A stretch of DNA of 60,110 nucleotides, the filler included, from Jimgerdemannia flammicorona (lineage: Eukaryota): NCBI GenBank assembly GCA_003990765.1. It is 3 parts of 3 records of this genome, joined end to end, with 100 filler letters (N's around TTAATTAATTAA, not from the genome) between each part and the next. Parts side by side here need not be neighbours in the genome. Positions count along the whole stretch, not along the records: positions 20,073 to 40,043 come from RBNJ01001790.1; positions 40,144 to 60,110 come from RBNJ01001791.1; 1 more part is not named here. One strand, given 5' to 3'. Shown here piece by piece: positions 37,361-50,014 of this stretch; position 1 is the stretch's first letter, and each line of letters starts with the position of its first letter. The position numbers were made by a program, and so were the translations under genes. The notes under the pieces were generated by a model. It was given only the letters and a program-made list of their open reading frames with translations. It was not told where the DNA came from and ran no database searches.

Positions 37361-38034
37361 GGCACATTTCCAGACGACGTTCGGCGATGATTAGATCCAT
37401 TATCAGGGCATCTGTGCATCATCCGATATATTTTACCCACTAATACCAATCAATATCTTGAAGCGGGCGTTGTGGTGTTGGGGTAATCACCTTTCTTATC
37501 ACGACGCCCCGAATCTTCTACCGACTCAGCCCTGTGGAGCTGAATGTAGTTTGTGAATGACCATTTGTAGCGCCAGGTGTCCTGGGCATGATGTCCGTCA
37601 GCTTTTGGAATAAATTTATTTTACGGACTCCAACTTAACGACATATGATAGCGAAGTAGCATACCATCTTCGGTATTTAACTTTTTTTTTTTTTAAAAAA
37701 AAAAAATACAAACCTCTTAGCGCTACAGAAGCCATCACGAGGGGGTGGCTTCCACGTACCTTATAGCGCGCCTCCGTCCTAAATCCACCCATCCAGACCA
37801 CCCCTTATACCGACCCCACCGACTCCACCGATCCTAATACGGGTGGGAATGGTCATATTATCCGAACGCTATCCGTGCTTTTCGAAGGGCTCCCAAATCA
37901 CCGAACGGATAATTCCTTTTGCATCGCTCGTCTTCTTGAGTCATCCGGCTCAGATAACGTAATCGTGAGAGACGGAGGTGACCTAGTCCGCTTGACTCTA
38001 CACACTGACACATCGGGAGAGACACCGCAACTCA

Positions 38035-39900
38035 CCCGCGGGACAATGGCTTGTGGGAAATAAACAAAAAAATGTAAAAATAAGCGGTTCTGTCATGATC
38101 GATGCGAGTGGCGGGTACCGCACTTGAGAGGAGGTGGGGGGCTGTGTAAAAACAAAAGAAGGTTTTCCGATCAAATGCAGGGGGTTGTTGTCGTAAGATC
38201 GGGAAAACACGAACAATGAACAAAAGCACTAACAAAAGCATGAACCTAAGGCGAATGAAGGGCGGAAGGGCTGTTTGGGGGGGTCTTGCAACGGATCGCA
38301 CGGCTCATGCGAAACAACGGAAACATGGACCTCGCGCGAAACACCGGCGTACGTCACTGCATCACTAACTAGTGAAAAAACCATTAGTTAATTTATCACG
38401 GGTATGGACCGTGGGGCGATGCGCTTATGTCATGGTGTGAGTGTAAAATGTATAGGGAGCACGTAGGTAACGTAAATAGCAAAAGAGATGAAGAAAAATA
38501 TAATAGAATTCAATCTATAAATAATGATGCTAAAAAAATACCAAATATTTTCTAATAACTTATATAAATACATTGTTGGAATGTGCATGTTGCTGTTGAT
38601 AATTGTGACGCTAGTTGAGATTGTTGCGAGATTTGAATATGGTGGTATATTGACATTGGCAGATCACTTGTACATCACGTGCGAAAAGTTCGTAATGGAT
38701 ACCGCTGCCCACATTTGACCCGCGGTTGCTCCTTGGTGAGGAAAATAAACCAAATAAGTGGTCCGGTCGTGACCGATGTGAATGCTGGCGCGTGAGGGGA
38801 GGGGCGATGTGTAAAATTTTTCGATCAAATGCAGGAGCTTGCCAACAGAAACTCGTGAAAGCGCAAAAAACGAGAAAAAAAAAAAGCATGGACGAAGGCG
38901 GAAGGGCGGTTTGCGGGAACCTGGTTCAAACACCTCAGCTGAAACTGCCATTTAGCCATTTACCAAAACAGCCAATTGTTGGATTCTATATATATTTCTG
39001 CCATCAAATGCCACCAGAAAATATTGACATCGACGTGCAAAAATTTGGTCACGTAAATTGATTTGTGATACTCACGATAATATTGCCAGGCGTCACAGCG
39101 ATTTTTGCTTCCAGTCAATTTTGTTTTGGCAAAGGACACAATATTTCGCCTCTGCATTGAGACATGTCCCCCATACAATATCCACCACAACATTTATTTA
39201 TGCAGTAAGAGGTTAGGTTTACATTTTATTTTTTTTTATATTTATATTTTTATTTTGGCTTTGACTTTTGATTCTCGCACAAATACGAGAAAAAAGAAAG
39301 AAAGAAAAAAAGCGATATAGATGAAATCTACTTTTGTGGAGGGTTCAAATAACTTCCAGTTTATATTTTTTTTCTATTTAATTTACATTCCAATCAATCT
39401 ATTTCAGCTGCTCACACGAGATGTCATACCAGTGATCAATGCAATGTCGATATATGTAGGACCAAATAGACCCCATATTCAAACCTCTGGACATTTTCGC
39501 TTTTATAGGAACTTACAATGTTATCAGACAAACCAAAATATTTAAACAATCTCAACGAGCATCACAATTCTTAATATCAACATGCACATTCCAAAGATTT
39601 AAATTCCATTGTAATTTTTATTTATTTCATTTTTTATTTTTACCTCTTTTGCAAAAGCATTGTCATTTAATTCGTTACCTACATTGCTCCCTATACACTT
39701 CACGCTAACACCATTACGTAAGCGCATCGCGTGACCCGTACCCATATTTGTCAATGGCCCGTGTTTCGCGCGACATGCAAAACCCAAAACCGCCCTTCCG
39801 CCTTTGTTCATGCTGTTGTTATGTTTTCGTACATGATTTTTTGTGCATTTGTTCATACCTGAGTTTTCCGTCGACAACCCCTGCATTTCATCGGAAAAAG
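38035..39900. repeat. Diverged non-coding module in three copies: direct 38035-38690 and 38718-38915, inverted 39415-39900
   Basis: TTTT(C/T)CGAT(C/G)AAATGCAGG and AGCATG..GGCGGAAGGGC in all three copies; GCGATGCGCTTA, TATAGGGAGCA and TTGGAATGTGCATGTTG in the first and inverted copies. Confidence 0.8.
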
Positions 39901-39999
39901 CTTCAAGCGGACGAGGTCACCTCCACGACGCCCTAGATTACGTTCCTGGGCCGGATGAGTCAAAGGGACGCTGCCGTCCTAATTCCACCCATCTAGATC

Positions 40000-40043
<44 letters not shown>

Positions 40044-40143
40044 NNNNNNNNNNNNNNNNNNNNNNNNNNNNNNNNNNNNNNNNNNNNTTAATTAATTAAN
40101 NNNNNNNNNNNNNNNNNNNNNNNNNNNNNNNNNNNNNNNNNNN
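40044..40143. other. Artificial contig linker N44-TTAATTAATTAA-N44
   Basis: Same as 19973-20072. Confidence 0.97.
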
Positions 40144-40182
40144 TTTTGACAAATTTCATAAGAGTTATCAAATAGGAGTAAT

Positions 40183-40290
<108 letters not shown>

Positions 40291-40904
40291 CAAAATTATG
40301 GTTTTTATATAACTTATCTACTTTTTTTTTTTCTTTTCTTATTATTAATTCATTGCTACTTAATAATTCTCTAAATAGCTAAGATTTTCTATAAAATTAT
40401 TTTAAGACAAACTTATTTACTAAATTATCCATGACAGTTAGCCTTTTAAGTTATTGAGAATTTAGAGCTAAAGGGTCTTTTTTGTCTTCTGAAATCAGAT
40501 ATTACTATTCCTTCTGCTAGAACTATATGAAATAAAATTAGACTGATCTTTTAATAAAAATATAATACTGTCAAAATTATACTACAGATAAGATTTAATA
40601 TTTTAATATTAAATATAAATTTAAAATTTCAAAGTTAAATAACTTTAAATTAATTTTATTTCAATTTATTTATTTAGAAATAGAATATATCTAATCAAAT
40701 ATCCTTCACTATTGATATATAGATATTATTCAATATATATACATTTCTTAAAATTAATATATACTGGATTTGTCAAAATTAGCAACTCAACTATATATAG
40801 AATCTTATTTAGGTGAAAATCTTACTGGTGTTTTTGTGAACTGTGTTTGAGATTTTAATATATAGATAAAGATATATAAAAAATAAGTCTTTTAAAAAGA
40901 TTAT

Positions 40905-41155
40905 ATTTTAAAAAGGTTGAGTTTTTGAAAAAGGTCAAGTTTTTGAAAAAGGTCAGGTTTTTGAAAATAGTTGGATTTTCAAAAAAGATTAGGTTTTCAA
41001 AAAAAGATTGAGTTTTCAAAAATAGTCAGGTTTTTGAAAAAGGTCAAATTTTTGAAAAAGGTCAGGTTTTTAAAAAAGGTTGGGTTTTTAAAAAAGATCA
41101 AGTTTTTGAAAAAAAGTCAGAGTTTTAAAAAAGATCAGATTTTCAAAAAAAGATT
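40905..41155. repeat. ~18-bp tandem repeat (GTTTTTGAAAAAGGTCAG variants), ~13 units
   Basis: Read directly; TTGA/TCAA and GTCA/GTTG variants fit CpG decay of GTTTTCGAAAAAGGTCGG. Confidence 0.85.
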
Positions 41156-44100
41156 ATCTTATATTTAAATTATTGATTTTTTACTCTAGATATTAGCTAT
41201 AATAATAAATAATATATTTAACAATATTATGTTTTTTCAAATAATTAGGACAGAGTTTGATTATACTGATCTCAACTATTAGCTAATATAATATATATAC
41301 TACTTGACTCATATCATTAATTTGACTGTTCAGGACTTTTTAGTCTATTTAAAAGCTGATGATAATGTGATTGAAGATAGTTCTGGAGAAATAATTTCAA
41401 AGCTCTGATTAATTATTATTAAGATCCAGTTATCACTACAATATTGAGAGAAATTTACTATACAATATAAAGCTTTTGGAGTCTGCAATCTAAAAGAACT
41501 TATTTTTAATATTAAAATCAATATATTTGATGATTGAATAGATCTTAGAATTATTAGAACTAAGCTGATTATATTATATTTAATTTTTTTATTTTTTGGG
41601 GTTTTCTTTAAATAATTCAATAAATTAATTTATTAATAGCCTTTAATCTCAATAGTTATAATTGATAAAGATTTGCAAAAATATGCTATAAAAGACTATA
41701 CTTGGCAGATGTTAAAAGATATTTTTGATAAAGTACTTTAAACAAGTAATAGATCTTACAGCTCATCATAACTATCTAATAATTTATTCTATTATTCCTG
41801 TTTATAACTTTCTAATAGATATACAGTAACAGTCAAAAATATACCAATGTTTGATTATTATTAATATTTTAATTATATTATATCTTCAATTTAAATTCTA
41901 TTTAACTAAAATTTTAAACATTAATAAAATAGCCTTTAAACTTTTAAATAGTATGTGTTTTATTATATTTAGATAATTATGGACATTAATATAACTATTT
42001 TAAGTTAAATTATCCATTAGTACTATTTTGACCCTTCTCAATATATAGACCTTTTTTTTTTTTTTTTTTTTTTTGATGTATACATTTTGTATGCTATTAA
42101 TATTCAAATTTTTGCCATTATTGTTTCAGACATTCTTTACAACTCTACAATATTTTTGTACAATATCAATTTAGTTTTATTGTTCTGATTTCCAAATTAG
42201 ACCACTTAATGTTTTTCTCAATAACTTAGCAAGTTTTCAGTCAATTTTGATGATCCTGATGACATTGGAAAGTTATTCTCAAGAGTTTTTCAAAGATACC
42301 AAGGACATTAAAATCAGATGAAAATTTACTAAGTTATCAAGGAAAATGTCTAACTTGCTAAGTCTGAAACGAACATTTTCCTCAAAATCTCAGTGAATTT
42401 TCATTCGATTTTAATGTTTATGATATCATTGTGAAGCTCTCTATAATAGCTTTCCAATGACATCAAGATCATCAAAATCAGATGAAAACTCACTGAATTA
42501 TCAAGGAAAACAGTTGGTGGTCTAATTGGTAAGACAATGGCAAGTATCAATAATGTAAAAAGAACTCTCAAAAAGGCCAGTATATATATGTAAGCAAAAA
42601 AAAACTGCTTTTGCTGCCTTGTCACATCAAGGTATAATACAAATTTGCAACATAAAGATTGAACCATTTTGTGAATGATGGTAATTTTGTAATTCTGAAG
42701 GATAAGAATCCAGTAGGCTAGAATTCTGATGGGTTCCTTGTAGTTGAATAACCATTTGAGAGCTGTATGATCTGTGATCAGGGTGAACCTTTTTCCAATA
42801 AGATAATGCTTGAACAGGGTGACTATCCATATAACTGCAAGGCATTCTAGTTTGATGCTACTATAGTTTATCTGTTGCTGATTGGTAGCTCTACTTGCAT
42901 AAGCTATCACATAGTACTGTTGACCAGATCCTTCTTGGGCCAGAACTGCCCTGAGGCCATCTTTAGAAGTATCTATATACAAGATGAATAGCTTCTGTAG
43001 ATTGGGGTGCACAAGAATTGATATTGTAGTTATACAGTTCTTGAGTTCCCTGAAGGCTTTTTCTTGTATTTCTGTCCTTCTTTCTTGAGAAGAATTTGGA
43101 TTGGGGCAGCAATTTGGACAAAGTCTTTGATAAATCTTCTGTAGTAAGATACTAGCATCAGGAATGATAGTGTTTCCTTCAGAGTTTTGGGTACTGGCCA
43201 ATTGTTGATCTTTTTAGTTTTCTTTAGGTCTATATGGATTCCTTCTTTTGAAATAATAAATCTAAGGAATTCAAGTTTCTGTTTCCCAAAGTAGCATTTC
43301 TTTGCATTCAATCTCAAGTGGTTCTTATGGGTGAGTTTGAAGAATTCCTCTAGGTAGTATAGGTGTTCTTTGAAATTTACTGAATAGATGTTGGAATCAT
43401 CTATATATACAATCAGGCAGTGGTGGATCAGAGGAGCATAGACTGAATTCATCATCCTCTGGAAGGTGAGGGGTATATTGCAAAGTCCAAATGATATTTG
43501 GAGATATTCAAACAGTTTTCCTAGAGCAAGGAAGGCTGTCTTTTGAATATCTTTGGGGTCCATGGGGGATCTCATAGAATCCTATGAAGAGGTCTATACT
43601 GCTGAAGTATCTGGCATCTTATAACTAGTCCAAAAGGTCATCAATTCTGGGCAAAGGATAAGTATCCTTCTCAGTGACTGAATTGAGTTTTCTGTAATCC
43701 ACACAAAGTCTCTATTCTCCTTTCTTTGGTACAATAAGTATAGGGCTAGCCCAAGGGCTGGTAGAGGGTCAGATGACTCTATTATCTAAGAGTTCTTGAA
43801 TGTGCTCCTTTTTGAATGTTTTCAAGTGATGGGGTATTCTATAGAATTTCTGCTAGATAGGTGTTACATTTCCTATATTTATACTGTGGTAATATAATGG
43901 ATTATATGGTAGATTGCCATAATCGGTAGTGAAGATATCTTGATATTTGTTGAGAAGTTCTACTAGTTATTGTTGTTGTTGAGGTGTTAATTTTTCTTCA
44001 ATATTGGTGAAAGGCTTCACTGTCTCCTGGATTGCAGAGGGGTCTTTCCTTTCTTCTGAGACCTTTTGTTGTTTCCTGATAGGTTTAGTTTATAAACTTC

Positions 44101-44429
44101 CCTATGAGTTCAGTTGAGAAAAGGCACCAGATGTCTTATGATAGTTCCTTTCAGTAAGATGATAGTCTCCCAACTTTGGTTAGTTGCTCAGGAGTGTACT
44201 GGGTTTATTTTGTTGAGGAATGTGTGTCCCTCTATGTCCAGATGAGGAATATCTTCCTTGGGTTCAAAGAAAAGGTTTCTGGAGTTGGGTAGTACAAAGA
44301 TTTCGAAGGTTATTTGTTCTCTGGGCTCTAGGATAAGATTCTTGTATAGTCTGACTAGTTGTTGGTATACTTACTGAGGAATATTTCTCTTGAGGTAGTT
44401 AACTTGAAGGAGGTGTACTTCCTTCCTAT

Positions 44430-44800
44430 CTGAACTTCCAAATCCCTTGGCTTGTTTTGTTCCTTCAGTTAGTTCAGAGACTTCTTGTAACTGTGGGGTC
44501 TTGACTTTCATGAAGACTACTTGGGCAATCTTCTGTCCTTTAATAATTCAGTGCCATTCTGTACTACTGTTGTGTAGAATGACCTTGATTTTGCCTGTGT
44601 ATCCTGGGTCAATGGTTTCTCCTTCCACAGTTATTCCTTGTCTGGTAAGTCCAGACCTTGAGGTCAGTTGGATATAAGATCCTTGAGGTGGCTGCATGGC
44701 TAATTTAGTTCTGATCATAAAGGTTTTTCCAGGTTTGGTAGATTCATCCTCTAGACTGTGAAGATCATACCCTATATCTTCTGGGTGGGCTTTGGTCAGG
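44430..44800 (-). pseudogene. dut: dUTPase domain of element D, between the protease/insert and RT
   Basis: AHPEDIGYDL, TSRSGL, VEGETIDPGYTGKI, KIAQVVF, KGFGSS. Confidence 0.9.
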
Positions 44801-47800
44801 GTTTGGCCTTGGGATGTAGTAGGGCATACTGGGCAATGTTCTTGTTGAGTTCAGACTGTCCTAGGGCTGAGGCTCCACTAATAGAGAGCCTCCAGGCTCT
44901 GAGGTTGAGGTGTGGCCATCTGGCTCCAGTAGAGGGGTCTCAGATATAGTTGATTCCTCTTCTTCCTGTAGGGTCTAGGGCTTCCATGAAGTTGGTGGCA
45001 TCTTCTACCCATCCTTGGCAGGTTGCATGTCTGATGAGAGCTAGGATGTCTTCTCCTAAATCATAGATCTTGAGAATTCTTCTTCCTGGCTTCTTGGTTC
45101 AGCTTTTTCAGATCTGATCTCTGTTGTCTCCTCTCTTTAAAGTATGGACTGCAACATCATGACTGAGGCAAATCTTCTAATGTCTGTAGTCTCAGCAGTC
45201 AGAGTATCTCCCATGGTTGCAATATCCCATTGCTCGAAAATGGTATTTCCAGCTATTAATCTCTTGTTGCCTTGGAAATCGGTACCCATCTTGGTCATAA
45301 GTGGGTGGAAGAGTAGACAAGGGATATATTTCTGTCTGGGTGAAGAAGCCTTATTCCCTGAATCAGCTTTGCAACTTAGTGGTAATTTTTTGGAAGGTAG
45401 TTGACTGTGTAAGTATGTTTGAGGGTTCTGGTCTCTGGGGTCTCTGTCTTTTCTATTGATCTAGTAAGTGGCACTGATAGCAGTAGTCTCGGGGGAAGTG
45501 GAAGATTATTTGGTGTGGACATCTTTCTAGCCAAAAAGCCTTTTCTTGGTGAGTCTCTTTCTTGGGGATAATAGTGATTGTACTGGGTCCTTCTTCTGTA
45601 TTCCAAGGGTCATTGTCTTCAGGTAGTGTCCAGTGAGGATCATCCCAGGGAATGAGTTCAGAGACTTCTTCTTCTTCAGATGCTTCTTGTTCAGGGACTT
45701 CTTGATCAGAAGTTTCTTCTTCCTCAGATAATTCTTGATCCCAAATTGCTTATACTTCTGCAGCTTCAGTTGCAGGTATTTCTGGAACATATCTGTATTT
45801 CTTCTTCCTCCTGCACTCTGGGCAGGCTGTGCCAGGTGATTTCCTTGTTCCCATAATCTTAGAGGAGTGCTCAGGACACTTATATCTCTTGAGGCAGGCA
45901 GGGCATCCTTTGGCTTCTCCTGCAATGGCTCCAATAGTGATGGGGATGGTGTTCTTAGCCCACATATTATCTTCTGGTCTGTCATCTACCAGGTTAATTC
46001 AGGGATTGAGTCTGGGATCATTTCCATCTTCAGATTCTTCCTTTTCTTCTATAGTAGATTCTTCACTGCTGGCATATTCTTCCTGAATGGTGACCTTCTT
46101 CTTCTTCTTTGATTGCTTATAACTAGTCACCTTAACTCTATATTTCTTGCCTCAGTAATCAAACTTGAGTACTTGTTGACCAATATCAACAACTGCATTC
46201 ATTTCCTTCATCCAGTTGGTGCCAAGAATCATGTCATAGGTGACAGCTTCAGTGACAACAGCTTTAGAGATGGAGAACTAAATGTGTCCAAGGGAGATGG
46301 TGATATTTCATACTTCTCCAAGGGGTTGAGTTTGGGCTCCATATGCTACTATGATGCTGAGGTTGAATGGTTCATCAATGGGCCATTGAAGGGTGTCCAG
46401 GAACTATTTGACAATGATACAGATAGCTGCTCTTGTGTTTATGAGAATCTTCACCTTTTGTCCTCCAATATCTCCAAATAGGTAGGTGCTGACATATCTT
46501 TCAGCTTCCTGAACAGAGATGGGAACTGGTTCTTACTGTGGGATTGGGACCTGGCCAGTGCTAGACCTAGTGGTTCTCAGCAATTTGTTTTGGACTCTAG
46601 CTGGTGTTAATTGCAGGAACTGCAGGAGGGGGACTTCCATCTTGGCCTCTTGAATCTTCTGCCAGGCTTTATTGTAAATGTCTCTAAGTATGGTCTTCAG
46701 AGTGTATTTCTTCTTGAGCTTTAGAGCAGCAGGTTCCTGTTCTTCTTGTTCTATTTCTTCATCTTCTGGTGACAACTCATTTGTCTTGGGAACAAAAGGT
46801 AAGGGGGTTCAGAGAGGTATTTCTACCTGCTCCTCTTCATGTTCTTCATCCTCTTCTTAGATAATTCTTCTGCTGATATTCCTGGATAGCCTTCCCACAG
46901 GTCTCTTCCTTTTCTCTGCTGGATAAACTGTTTTTTAGGAGGTGATCTTGGTAGGGTACAAGTCTAGGTCACTATAGTCTTCACTGTCACTTACTTCCTC
47001 AAAATCTTCCACTAGATAGGCTTCAGTCTTCTTGTACTGAGTGTCATTCCTTCGGTTTAGTAGTTCTGAGTTCCTTTGGTCACTTCTTTTATTATCACAT
47101 TCAGTGGTATAGTATCCAAATTGTCCACAGTGGAAGCATTAGACTTGGGCTCTATCTTGGGCAGGATATCTTCTTTCTTCTTGCTGATAACCCCTGTTAT
47201 CTCTGGGTGGATAACCTTGACTCCTCTGTGGTGGGTATCCTCTATTGTCTTGGTAGCTCCAATTTTCACATGTAGTGAGCTTTTCAATCTGTCCAACCAA
47301 TCAGTCCAACTTAGAGCTGAGGTCTTGGATTTCACTTCTATCCTTCTTTCCTTCCTTGACTGGCCTTCTTTCTTTAGATCTTTTCTGTTTTTGAAGGAGT
47401 CCTTGTAGGGCTTTGACCAGGATGTCTTCTTTCTCTTCTTTCCTGTTATGATCACTCTAGGTAGTTCCTTGTCTGACATCAAAGAATCCTTGGGCTGTAT
47501 CTACTTGTTCTTCAGACCTTCTGATATCCAAGGTGCAGACATGCTGGGCAATGTTTAGAGGAATTCCATTCATAAAGGTCATTGGACCTATAATGTCCTG
47601 ATTGGTGGCATTGAACCCAGCAGCATAAATTCTCTTCTGGATTCTTATGAAGAAGGTTCTGGGTGATTCTCTAAGATTCATCTTCATCCCCATAATGGAT
47701 TCTTGGACCTTATGGCAGGTTTCATTTCCTGCATACTTTCGATGAGCCAATGGACCATGGCCTCATATTCTAGCTTATAAGATATTGCTACTTGTATTTA

Positions 47801-48514
47801 TCTCACCAGTTCTGAATCTGGTTGTTTGCTGTTCAATGGAAAATTCCTCTGGCTGGTTCTCTGAGCTAAGTTTTCATCTGAGAGATTTCTTAAGACTATG
47901 ATTTCTTCAATTCCATCAAGGAATTCTCTAGGGTCTTCCTCTGGGTATTCTGCAAAGGTTGGCAATGAGGTAGCCATTTCTTCATCACTTTCTTCTAATT
48001 CTGGTTCAGGTTCGGATTCTGATTCTGATTTGCTTTCTAAGCTATCACTGGAGGTGGGGGTGCTTGGGTACCTTGAGGATGGTGTTCTGGACCTTGGATA
48101 AAGTGGAGTAAGTCTAGGTATTCTTATAGAAGCTACTTCTAACTCTGCAAGGGGTTGTGGTAAAGGTTCTATTAGTGAGATTGGTAGGGCTGATACATAT
48201 GGGGCATCTGGCTGTAAGGTCTCAGATTCATATGATAAGATCTTCTAGTTCTTGTACAAGTTCTCTGAAATCTCTAACAGGGCTGTCTATATTGTCCAGT
48301 TGATCTGGTTGGAGATTTCAGGCTATACTACCTTCTGGTTGGAAACCTTCTAATGCTGGGTAGTTGGCAAGTCTTGATGTGATTACTTCTCTTTCTGTCC
48401 AAATACTGGTAATAACTGGTTCTCCTGTAGTAGCAGAGATTAGTATTATATCAAATGTATCCAGTTTGACTGTGGGTTTTTGTGAGCTGAAAAGTCACAT
48501 TGATTTTAAAATCT

Positions 48515-48531
48515 TCCCAGTTGAGCCCCCA
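48515..48531 (-). other. Primer binding site of element D (tRNA-Pro type)
   Basis: Minus strand TGGGGGCTCAACTGGGA next to the LTR; resembles the tRNA-Pro PBS TGGGGGCTCGTCCGGGA with CpG decay. Confidence 0.75.
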
Positions 48532-50014
48532 AATGTAATATGCTGGCTCAATGGAGGCAAATTACAAGGTTGGGGGTTGATGTAGTTTGGCTTGAGCCCA
48601 CAGTTACTTTGTCAAAAAGCAATAAAATATTTTAAGATTTCTGAGGTCCTTGGTATTTAGTGGTATAATGGTCAAAAGCTGGATATCTGCAAGCAATTTA
48701 TATGTCAATTTCCTAATTAGGACAGTTCTCTGAGTATAGTAGCAATTGGTGTGTGAATGGGTTTCCTTCTTAGGTCAACTAGGAATTAGTAGAAATTCAT
48801 GTATAGCATGACAATCTCTATATGTGACAGTCTGGCAATTTAGTAGTTCTCCTTATGTGATTTCTGTATGACAATCTTGTATAGTGTGAGTGGATTCCTT
48901 ATTCAGGTCAACTGGGAATGCCACAATTTTGTATAGTAAGATAATCTCCAAAAGTATGCAATTTTCTAGGGATAACTCGATTTGGTGCGGGTTCTCCAAA
49001 AGCAGTGGGCTTCTTGAATATTGTGGATTCTTCTTACTGGGAATTATACTGGTAGTGGATAACTCAATAACTCAGGCTTACTGAGAATAACGAATAACTC
49101 AGATGTCATAGATTCTTCCTAAATTGGCAGCTTTAACTGGGAATATGATGGCATAGATTCTTCCTGAGTTGGTGGAGTTCTCTAGGAATGTGGATAACTC
49201 AGAAATGGTGGCTTCAACTGGGAATTAACTTGGGTAGCACAGATTCTTTTGAATTGGCAGCTTTAACTAGGAAACAACTTGGATGGTATGAGTTCTTCCA
49301 AATTGGGCTCTTCTGGGAATACAGCAGATATCTTGAAAATGGTGGTGATATTTTTCCTTGAACTTGGGCAGCAAATCTTCAGACTTATCTAGCAAGTAAA
49401 CTAATAACAATAATTCCAAAAGTGGTAAAGTTCTTCCTCAAACTTGGGTGGCAAATCTTCAGCTTTGTATCAGAAAGTGGACTGGAGTAGAAGAGAAGAG
49501 AACCAAGCTCACAACTTCTTGGCAGTGGCTCATTGGTAGACATATCTCCTAAGTATTGCAATCCTTCTTGGATCAAGTGGCTTTTGGCAGATATTTCTTC
49601 TAAGTATACCAGACAATTGACTTTTGCTTTGGTTTATATTCAACTTTCAGACTGAGGTTTATTCACTCTTGTCTCTGGGGTAATTTATACAAGTTGGTTG
49701 CTATCTGGTTGCTATGTGGCTAACTATAGATTTACTACTTCTGGTAATACTTGAGTGTGTCCTCTAGGTCTACAGGATATAAGTGTGTCTGCAAGATATG
49801 AGTATGTCCACAGGATATGAGTGTGTCTGCAGGACATGAGTATATCCTCAGAACACAGATAAACAATTCTAATCTGGTGTCTTGGCTAATTATAAGTGTG
49901 GCAGGTAGGGATAACTATGATATACTGGAAGTCATATTATGCTGAGTAAGTATGCTAATAGTTTGCATCATCTGGCTAAGTTATAATTTGGATGGTATGT
50001 TTTAGTCTATTACA

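Larger units (their letters stand above)
42667..50014 (-). mobile_element. Gypsy element D, 3'-truncated: 5' LTR 50014-48534, PBS, gag, PR, large insert, dUTPase, RT, RNase H
   Basis: LTR TGTAATA...ATATTACA; CFHCGQFG(Y/H)YTTEC ~47097-47138; ILINTRAAICII (decayed DTGA) ~46430; KTAF..FGLCN..FQRMMN..VYIDD; LYIDTSKDGLRAVLAQ..NYSSIKLECLAVIW. Confidence 0.92.
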
